The notes beneath the pieces are model-generated. The model did not search any database, was not told where the DNA came from, and worked only from the letters and a program-made list of their open reading frames with translations. A stretch of DNA of 64,000 nt from Vicinamibacteria bacterium (GTDB lineage Bacteria > Acidobacteriota > Vicinamibacteria > Marinacidobacterales > Marinacidobacteraceae), in the NCBI GenBank assembly GCA_963555995.3, contig OY821641.1, positions 3,296,001 through 3,360,000 of the forward strand, read 5' to 3'. Shown here piece after piece: positions 1 through 7,395 of this stretch. The translations under genes and the position numbers were made by a program. Each line of letters opens with the position of its first letter. The first letter of the stretch is position 1.

Positions 1-921
1 ATGGCGCAGCAACTCGGGGGAATCGCTGACCGAGCTGAAATCCACGCCTTGCGTTACGGCTCGGCCATTGTAGATGATGGCTTGGTCAGCGAGAGACTCG
101 CAGCGGCGGACGACGACCTACGGCCTGAACTCAGTAAGCTTGAGCCGTGGCACGAAATCGATCTGACGTTAGATGGAGGAGCCGGCGGTGCCCGTGACAG
201 TGTCAATCGGCGTTCCGAGCTTCTTGGAAGGCGATACCCTTTTGTCTTGCCGTCGCTACAGTACAAACCTAGCGACTCACTTGTGTACGAATTCTGTTTG
301 GCCGTCTGCAATGCCCCCAATCTCACCAAAGGGAAGTACAAACATCTTCCGAGGGTTTTCGAGCGTCTCTCCTGCGTTCTGGCCAAAGCCTACATCGGCC
401 TCGGTGCCGGTTCACACCACCTGGGCTGGCCTCGTGACAACAACAAACGGACGGGGACGTTTCAAGACGCCATCGCACCGGTCAACCAGGAGACTCAGGA
501 ATGGTTCTGGGCGCCGGAGCCTGAGCTTCCGCAGAGTCCGACCGTCAAGGAGGTTAAGGATGACGGACTAGACCTACTCGCGTGGAAGGCGATCGACGAA
601 CGTGTTGGCAGTCTCTTTTTCCTTGGTCACTGCGCGTGCGGTCAAAACTGGCAGACGAAATTCCACGATGCGGACCCACGCAAGCTGTCGAAGTGGTTCA
701 ATCCCATGACGCTTGTCAGCCCCCCTGTAAGGCTCTTCTTTACTCCTTACCACGTAGCCGATGCTGTGATTCGCGAAGCGAGTAGGACCGCCGGTGTCGT
801 TCTTGACCGAATTCGCCTGACGCTACTTGCGGAGCAGTCAACCGAACTGCGTAAGCACAAGGCCCTGCGTCGTCGCCTCCGAGAACTCGTTGATTTGGTG
901 ACCGACGGGAGGACTGGATGA
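1..921 (+). CDS. Hypothetical protein, probable Mrr-like/PD-(D/E)xK restriction-endonuclease fold
   Basis: 306-aa ORF with KDDGLDLLAW...FLGHCACGQNW, resembling the DxGxD...QC core of Mrr-like nucleases. It looks less GC-rich than hsdM. It begins at base 1, so the upstream context is unseen. Confidence 0.55.
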   Translation: MAQQLGGIADRAEIHALRYGSAIVDDGLVSERLAAADDDLRPELSKLEPWHEIDLTLDGGAGGARDSVNRRSELLGRRYPFVLPSLQYKPSDSLVYEFCLAVCNAPNLTKGKYKHLPRVFERLSCVLAKAYIGLGAGSHHLGWPRDNNKRTGTFQDAIAPVNQETQEWFWAPEPELPQSPTVKEVKDDGLDLLAWKAIDERVGSLFFLGHCACGQNWQTKFHDADPRKLSKWFNPMTLVSPPVRLFFTPYHVADAVIREASRTAGVVLDRIRLTLLAEQSTELRKHKALRRRLRELVDLVTDGRTG

Positions 922-1155
922 CCACATCCAATACCCGTATCTGCGGCATCGTATGGAACTGGAGATAGTCTTCAAGCCCCGGCTGCGATCAGCCGCGCAT
1001 GGTCATCCAGGCGGAACGCCAGATTTGCCGACGGCATCTAGGCCGACGAATCTGAGACCGCGCCGCCACCGTTAGTTGGTTGACCGTGACAATCGGTCGT
1101 TGATTAGCCTTGGGGGCGTGGCCATGAGACGGGGTCGGGTAGCGTGCCCTCCGGC

Positions 1156-2646
1156 ATGAGCACTCGTGACCTGAAGGCGGAACTCTGGAACTGCGCCCAG
1201 GTCCTCCGTGGCAGCGCCGTGGCCCGCACGGACTGGAAGGCGTACATCCTGCCGCTCCTGTTCTTCAAGCGCATCAGCGACGTGTGGGACGAGGAAACCA
1301 CCGCCGCCATCGCGGCCTACGGCGAAGCGGACGCCGCCGCCTTCCCCGAGGAACACCGCTTCGTGGTGCCGGAGGGCTGCCACTGGCAGGATGTCCGCCA
1401 GACGCCAAAGGGAGTGGGCGCGGCGCTCGCGCGCGCCATGCGGGAGATCGAGCGGGCCAATCCCGACACCCTCTCCCGGGTGTTCGGCGCTGCCGACTGG
1501 GGGAACCGCGCGGTTCTCGGAGACGCGATCCTCAAGGACCTCGTGGAGGGGCTGTCGGCCGTGCCGCTCGGCAACTCGGCAGTCGGATCGGATGTGCTCG
1601 GCGACGCCTACGAGTACCTGATCGGCAAGTTCGCCGATGTCACCCGCCGGAAGAAAGCCGGCGAGTTCTACACGCCGCGCAGCGTGGTGCGGATGCTGGT
1701 GGAACTGCTGGACCCCGGCCCGGGGGAGACGATCTACGACCCGGCCTGCGGCACCGGCGGGATGTTGCTGGGGGCGATCGAACACGTGGAGCGGGCGGGA
1801 GGCGACCCCCGCACGTTCTTCGGCCGGATCTTCGGGCAGGAGAAGAACCTGACCACCTCGTCCATCGCGCGCATGAACCTGATGCTCCACGGGGTCGAGG
1901 ACTTCCGCATCGAGCAGGCGGACACCCTGCGCCGGCCGGCCTTCACCGACGCGGTCGGCGGCGTCACCGCTTTCGATTGCGTCATCGCGAACCCGCCGTT
2001 CTCCCTCCAGGATTGGGGACGCGAGGTCTGGGAGGCGGACCCCTGGGGACGGGCCGGCTTCGGCCTGCCGCCGACGAAGAGCGGGGACTACGCCTGGGTT
2101 TCGCACATGGTCGCCTCCATGAAGGAACCCGACGGGCGCATGGCGGTCGTGCTGCCGCAAGGGGCGCTCTTCCGCCGCGGGGCGGAGGGACGAATCCGGC
2201 AGGCCCTGCTGGAGCGCGATCTGGTGGAGGCGGTGATCGGACTGGCGCCCAACGTGTTCTACGGCACCGGTCTCGCCCCGGCGGTGGTGACACTCCGCCG
2301 GCGGAAGACCCGCGGACGCCGCCGGAAGGTGCTGCTGGTGGATGCTTCCCGGCTCTTCCGCAAGGGCCGGGCGCAGAGTTTCCTCGACCCGGAGCACGCC
2401 TCCCGTATCGTCGGCTGGGTTCGCGGATTTCGGGACGTGACCGATTGCGCGAAAGTCGTTCGGCTGGACGAGATCGAGAGCAAGGATTGGACGCTCAACA
2501 TCTCCCGTTATGTGGCGCCTCCGCTCGGCGAAGAGCCCCCGCCCCTGCCCCAGGCGGTGGCCGCCTTCAAGGAAGCGGTGGGGGAGGCGAAGGCCGCCGA
2601 GGACCGACTGCGGACGGTTCTCACCCGGGACGGCTGGCTCGACTGA
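1156..2646 (+). CDS. hsdM: Type I R-M methyltransferase subunit M1 (NPPF, predicted m6A)
   Basis: HsdM N-terminus (LWNCAQVLRG, YILPLLFFKRISD), GEFYTP, motif I DPACGTGG, motif IV NPPF. ATG at 1156; an in-frame GTG lies at 1144. Confidence 0.93.
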   Translation: MSTRDLKAELWNCAQVLRGSAVARTDWKAYILPLLFFKRISDVWDEETTAAIAAYGEADAAAFPEEHRFVVPEGCHWQDVRQTPKGVGAALARAMREIERANPDTLSRVFGAADWGNRAVLGDAILKDLVEGLSAVPLGNSAVGSDVLGDAYEYLIGKFADVTRRKKAGEFYTPRSVVRMLVELLDPGPGETIYDPACGTGGMLLGAIEHVERAGGDPRTFFGRIFGQEKNLTTSSIARMNLMLHGVEDFRIEQADTLRRPAFTDAVGGVTAFDCVIANPPFSLQDWGREVWEADPWGRAGFGLPPTKSGDYAWVSHMVASMKEPDGRMAVVLPQGALFRRGAEGRIRQALLERDLVEAVIGLAPNVFYGTGLAPAVVTLRRRKTRGRRRKVLLVDASRLFRKGRAQSFLDPEHASRIVGWVRGFRDVTDCAKVVRLDEIESKDWTLNISRYVAPPLGEEPPPLPQAVAAFKEAVGEAKAAEDRLRTVLTRDGWLD

Positions 2647-2726
2647 GAGCCCCCGACGGGACGACCGCTCGGGGCGGCCAACACCCGGAACCCGATGCTA
2701 CGATCCGGCGCGCTTTGGAGAGCCGA

Positions 2727-4295
2727 GTGACGCGGGCGGCCCGGAGTTCCCGGTCGCGGAGAAGCAAACCCGGACCGGTCGGCGGGACGGCGAAGCGGCT
2801 CGGTCAGAGGGAACTGGCGGCGCACCTCTGGGGCGCGGCCACACTGCTTCGGGGGTTGGTGGACGCCGCCGACTACAAGCAATACGTCTTCCCGCTCCTC
2901 TTCTTCAAGCGGCTCTCGGACGTATGGGACGAGGAGCACGCGGCAGCGCTCCGGGAGACCGGCGACCATGGCTATGCCCGGGACATCGCCAATGACCGTT
3001 TCGCCATCCCGGACCGCGCGCACTGGTCGGACGTCCGCGCCGCGTCCCGCGATGTCGGGCTGGCCCTTCGGCGAGCGTTCCGGGAGATCGAGAAGGCGAA
3101 CCCGGACCGGCTCTCCGGAGTCTTCGGCGCGGCGCCGTGGACCGACAAGGCGCTGCTTCCGGACGCAACCCTGAAGAACCTGATCGAGCACTTCTCCCGG
3201 CATCGCCTCGACCTGACGGGGGCGCCCGAGGACGAGCTGGGCAATGCCTACGAGTACCTCATCGGCCAGTTCGCCGACGACAGCGGCCACACCGCGCAGG
3301 AGTTCTATACGAACCGGACCCTCGTCCACCTGATGACCCGGATGCTGGCTCCGAAGCCCCGGGAGCGGATCTACGACCCGACCGCGGGCACCGGCGGAAT
3401 GCTGATCTCGGCGCTCGCGGAAGTGAAACGCCGGGGTGGGGAGGCGCGGACGCTCGGCCTCTGCGGGCAGGAACTCATCGGCTCGACGGCGGCCATTGCC
3501 CGCATGAACCTCGTGCTGCACGGGGTCGAGGACTTCCGCATCGAGGTGGGCAACGCGCTGAGCGCCCCGGCCTTCGCCGAGGGCGGTCGCCTGATGACCT
3601 TCGACATCGTGTTGGCCAACCCCCCGTACTCGATCAGGAACTGGGACCGGGATGCGTGGCGGAGTGACCCGTGGGGCCGCAATTTCCTCGGCGTTCCGCC
3701 GCAGGGCCGGGCCGACTACGCCTTCTTCCAGCACATCCTGAAGAGCCTCAACCCGAAGACCGGGCGTTGCGCCATCCTGTTCCCGCACGGGATCCTGTTC
3801 CGCAAGGAGGAAGCCCAGATGCGACGGGCGCTGGTGGAGAGCGACCTTCTCGAATGCGTACTGGGGCTCGGGCCGAACCTCTTCTACAACTCGCCGATGG
3901 AAGCGTGCGTCGTCGTCTGTCGCACACGGAAGCCGCCCGCCCGACGCGGCAAGGTGCTGTTCATCAACGCAGTGCGCGAGGTAGCGCGCGAGGGCGGCCA
4001 GAGTTTCCTGCAGCCGCCGCACCAGCGCCGGATTCTGAAGGCGTACCGCGCGTTTGCGGCGGAGCCGGGCTTCGCCGCCGTCGTGACGGCAGCGGAGATT
4101 CTGGAAAGCGGAGGAACCCTGTCCATCGCCCGCCATGTCGGCCAGCCCGCCCCTCTGGCGGGAGAATTGGGCCAACGGGACCTCAAGACGGCCTGGACCG
4201 AGTTCGAGGCGGGGGGTACGAAATTCTGGCGACGGATGGACGCCGCTGTCCGATCGCTCGAACCGATGGCAGCAGAGCCGCATGATGCGGCGTAG
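2727..4295 (+). CDS. hsdM: Type I R-M methyltransferase subunit M2 (NPPY, predicted m4C)
   Basis: LWGAATLLRG, YVFPLLFFKRLSD, QEFYTN, DPTAGTGG, motif IV NPPY. In-frame GTG at 2727 is preceded by GGAG at 2717-2720. The longer 1284 start overlaps hsdM1 and is not credible. Confidence 0.9.
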   Translation: MTRAARSSRSRRSKPGPVGGTAKRLGQRELAAHLWGAATLLRGLVDAADYKQYVFPLLFFKRLSDVWDEEHAAALRETGDHGYARDIANDRFAIPDRAHWSDVRAASRDVGLALRRAFREIEKANPDRLSGVFGAAPWTDKALLPDATLKNLIEHFSRHRLDLTGAPEDELGNAYEYLIGQFADDSGHTAQEFYTNRTLVHLMTRMLAPKPRERIYDPTAGTGGMLISALAEVKRRGGEARTLGLCGQELIGSTAAIARMNLVLHGVEDFRIEVGNALSAPAFAEGGRLMTFDIVLANPPYSIRNWDRDAWRSDPWGRNFLGVPPQGRADYAFFQHILKSLNPKTGRCAILFPHGILFRKEEAQMRRALVESDLLECVLGLGPNLFYNSPMEACVVVCRTRKPPARRGKVLFINAVREVAREGGQSFLQPPHQRRILKAYRAFAAEPGFAAVVTAAEILESGGTLSIARHVGQPAPLAGELGQRDLKTAWTEFEAGGTKFWRRMDAAVRSLEPMAAEPHDAA

Positions 4296-5454
4296 ACGGC
4301 GGAACCCCGTTGCGTTCGGGGAAATTGCGGACAATGTGACCGAGCGCGTGGACCGTCCCGCCGAATCGGGCGTTGACCGGTATGTGGGTCTCGAACATCT
4401 GGAACCGGGCTCGCTGAAGATCCAGCGATGGGGATCTCCCACCGATGTTTTCGGGACGAAGTTGCGGTTTCGCGAGGGCGACATCGTGTTCGGACGCCGC
4501 CGGGCCTATCAGCGGAAGCTGGCGGTCGCACATTTCGACGGCATCTGCTCGGCTCATGCACTGGTCCTGCGCGCTCGGCCGCGAGTGGTTCTGCCCGAAT
4601 TCCTGCCGTTCTTCATGCAGAGCGACGGATTCATGGAACGGGCGCAACGAATCTCCGTCGGCTCCCTGTCTCCGACCATCAACTGGAAGACGCTGGAACA
4701 GGAGGAGTTCGTCTTGCCCCCGCGCTCCGAGCAGCGCCGTATCGCGTCTGCCCTGAACGGGTTAGCGACAGCCGCGGATTCGGTGAAGAAACTGGAAGCT
4801 GCTGCGGATGCCCTGCTCTTCTCGATCTATCGGGTCGTGTTCGAGGCTCCGGAGAACCCGACCCGGCCACTACGAGAAATCGCGGAAGTGCGCATGGGAC
4901 GGCAGCGCTCCCCACGGCACGCCCACGGCGACCACATGGTGCCTTACGTCAGGGCCGCGAACATCAAGCAGGACACTCTCGATCTGTCCAGCGTCTTGAA
5001 GATGAACTTCGATCCGGGTGAGCAAAAGAGGTACGGACTCCGAGCCGGGGATATCCTGGTCACGGAAGGGTGCGGCAGCCTCGCTGGAATCGGCGCGAAC
5101 GCCGTGTGGAACGATGAGCTGACCGGAAAGGTGTGCTTTCAGAATCACGTGATCCGGCTCCGAGCAATGGAGAATCTGGTTTCGCAGCGCCTTTTGCGGC
5201 ATTGGGCGCGATACGCCTATCTGTCGGGGAAATTCGCCAAGACAGCCCAAGGTACAACGATCCTCTCCATCGGCCAGAAGCGCTGCGAGCAGATGACGGT
5301 CCGGTTGCCCCCTACGGGAATACCGAGGAAGTCAGCCGAACGGCGAATGAACGAGGTCGAAGAGGCCAAGCGTCGCGCCGAGACGAGGGCGGAGTCGTTG
5401 CAACGGATGCGTGCGGCGCTGCTCGAACAAGAAATCGGAAGCGCGACCGCGTAG
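4282..5454 (+). CDS. hsdS: Type I R-M specificity subunit S
   Basis: Two TRD-like halves (GDIVFGRRRAY..., GDILVTEG...) joined by LPPRSEQRRIA and a C-terminal helix. Its start overlaps the end of hsdM2. Confidence 0.92.
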   Translation: MMRRRRRNPVAFGEIADNVTERVDRPAESGVDRYVGLEHLEPGSLKIQRWGSPTDVFGTKLRFREGDIVFGRRRAYQRKLAVAHFDGICSAHALVLRARPRVVLPEFLPFFMQSDGFMERAQRISVGSLSPTINWKTLEQEEFVLPPRSEQRRIASALNGLATAADSVKKLEAAADALLFSIYRVVFEAPENPTRPLREIAEVRMGRQRSPRHAHGDHMVPYVRAANIKQDTLDLSSVLKMNFDPGEQKRYGLRAGDILVTEGCGSLAGIGANAVWNDELTGKVCFQNHVIRLRAMENLVSQRLLRHWARYAYLSGKFAKTAQGTTILSIGQKRCEQMTVRLPPTGIPRKSAERRMNEVEEAKRRAETRAESLQRMRAALLEQEIGSATA

Positions 5455-5493
5455 CAATCCGCTGCTCGCGGCCTCGCCATTCGGGTACGCACA

Positions 5494-6687
5494 GTGACCG
5501 ACGCCAAGCCGCCAACTGCCGACACACCAACACCGGATCCGGGTTACGCCATCTTGCGAGCCCGCTTGAGCGACAGGGATCCGAACAGCGAAGACGTGCA
5601 GCCACGCGATTTGGCGAAGCACCTCAAGGAGCGATTCTGGATCGAGCGGTGGCTTGCGCTGGGCCGATGGAAGAACTCCGAGTTGATCGGGGCTCGAGGA
5701 CACACGGAATTGCGTCTCGCCGACTTGGGCAGACGACTCGACGAGCCGGGGGACGCATTCTTCGATTTTGTCCAGACCTGCCGGAAGGGCGTGGTGAGCG
5801 TTCGAACCTGGGTCGAAGTGACGGAGGCGGTGGGGCCGGACGACGCCCGACGCATCACCCAGGAGTTGCGAGCCCTTGGGCAACGGCCACGGGGATCAAG
5901 AGAAGAAGCACGGTCGCTCTGCGACTTGAAGGACCCGCACGTTCCGGACCGACTGGCACAGGCCCGCATGGCGGATCGCGTAGTCGAAGCCGTAGTCAAG
6001 AAGGCCCGGAAGGGACGTGACGGCGGCTCGTACGAGGCGCTTGTTCGCGACTATGGCCGTGGTGCGCTGGTCGTAGGCGTGCCGTTGTGGTTTCCAGTGC
6101 TGGCGTCAGACGCTACCGACCCGCGCAGGTTCGAGACCGATTTCAGTCCCCGGCTCGGTATTGGGCTGAGAGCGATACGTCGCACAGTTCTGAGTACCCG
6201 TTGGTGTCCATTCGATTCGGTGGTCGTTCTCTGGTGTCCGACACGGGTTGCGATACGCGAGTGGGCCGATACCGCCGCGGATCCCGAATCGTTCCTTCCG
6301 AGAACCTACGAGTGGCTGGAGGACTTGGGGCTGACCGAGACCACGTCCGCCATGAACCTTCACTGGCGTTGGCACCGCTACCCGTCGCTCGACGCGGCGG
6401 TCGCGGCCCAGCAGAATCGCGTGCGCTGGCCGGGATTGCCCCGACCGTTCGGAACCAAGGCGCAATTCAAGATCTGCACCTCCGGGTCTGCCCGATGGAA
6501 AGACGGCTGGTACCGGCTGCTTGGCGTTGCTGTGCTGTTCACCGCGTTCCTGCGGATGGGCGGCGGGCGCGACCTCCGGCGCTGGGTCCAGGCGCTCACG
6601 CGGCCAGCGTGGCACTGGAAACGCTGGAGAATCCGCCGACGAGTCATGCGCTCCTACCGGGAGTCGGTCCGCAGCATCGAGGACTGA
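5494..6687 (+). CDS. Hypothetical protein, possible PD-(D/E)xK-like nuclease with a C-terminal hydrophobic helix
   Basis: 397-aa ORF (GTG start), co-oriented between hsdS and hsdR. Pattern EPGD...VEVT...KKxxK...Y; hydrophobic segment WYRLLGVAVLFTAFL. Confidence 0.55.
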   Translation: MTDAKPPTADTPTPDPGYAILRARLSDRDPNSEDVQPRDLAKHLKERFWIERWLALGRWKNSELIGARGHTELRLADLGRRLDEPGDAFFDFVQTCRKGVVSVRTWVEVTEAVGPDDARRITQELRALGQRPRGSREEARSLCDLKDPHVPDRLAQARMADRVVEAVVKKARKGRDGGSYEALVRDYGRGALVVGVPLWFPVLASDATDPRRFETDFSPRLGIGLRAIRRTVLSTRWCPFDSVVVLWCPTRVAIREWADTAADPESFLPRTYEWLEDLGLTETTSAMNLHWRWHRYPSLDAAVAAQQNRVRWPGLPRPFGTKAQFKICTSGSARWKDGWYRLLGVAVLFTAFLRMGGGRDLRRWVQALTRPAWHWKRWRIRRRVMRSYRESVRSIED

Positions 6688-6823
6688 TCGGCTCGAACGA
6701 CCAGACGCCTGTAGAGAGTCCCCGGATGGGGTGTGCGACCCAGCGGTAAACCGATCCGGGGGCCGCGCGAGTGACGGCGGTCCCTGCGGCGCCTCCGTCG
6801 GGCGAGTCGTCTATCATGGCCGC

Positions 6824-7051
6824 ATGCAGTCCGAATGGGACTCGGTCGTCCAGAGCGATCCCGAGATCTCGGGGGGAACGCCCGTCTTTCGCGGCACCAG
6901 AGTGCCGGTTCGGAGCCTGTTCGACTACCTGGAGGGCGGCGAGACACTCGACTGGTTCCTCGATCAGTTCCCCTCCGTTTCCCGCGCCCAAGCGCTCGCT
7001 GCGCTCGAAGTGGCCCGGGATTCCGTCCTGATCCGTGCGCGTTCTGCTTGA
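6824..7051 (+). CDS. DUF433-family antitoxin
   Basis: 75 aa with DPEISGGTPVFRGTRVPV...FLDQFPSVS, the DUF433 signature. Overlaps the downstream PIN gene. Confidence 0.9.
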   Translation: MQSEWDSVVQSDPEISGGTPVFRGTRVPVRSLFDYLEGGETLDWFLDQFPSVSRAQALAALEVARDSVLIRARSA

Positions 7052-7370
7052 CGAGAATCTGCCTCGCGGCCTCGCCAGCGAACTGACCGGACACGAGGTC
7101 ACTACGGTCCAGGCCGCCGGTTGGGCGGGGACGAAGAACGGCGAACTGCTCCGGCGCGCTGACACCCGTTTCGATGTCCTGATGACCATGGATCGCAACC
7201 TTCGATACCAGCAGAACCTGAGCGCGCTGCGATTGAGCATCCTGATCGTCCGTGCTCGTTCGAACCGCATGGTGCACCTGAGGCCACTCGTGGGCCGCAT
7301 CCTGGGGGCATTGGAGGAGCTGCGGCCCGGGCAGTACCGCGAGATCGGGACACCATCCGGCGCGGACTGA
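7035..7370 (+). CDS. DUF5615 (Mut7-C/VapC45-like) PIN-domain toxin
   Basis: VLLDENLP...GWAGTKNGELL...LMTMDRNL motif set, paired with DUF433. Confidence 0.88.
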   Translation: MRVLLDENLPRGLASELTGHEVTTVQAAGWAGTKNGELLRRADTRFDVLMTMDRNLRYQQNLSALRLSILIVRARSNRMVHLRPLVGRILGALEELRPGQYREIGTPSGAD

Positions 7371-7395
7371 AGGAGCGGCGCATCCGCGACCGCGC

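Noticed and set aside
918-968. ATGA-coupled ORF after the first gene
   Set aside because: Only 16 codons. It could be a gene remnant, but nothing is recognisable.
1284-2726. N-terminal 480 aa of the 1003-aa ORF (apparent HsdM fusion)
   Set aside because: It overlaps hsdM1 in another frame and is low-complexity. HsdM similarity begins only after about 2790.
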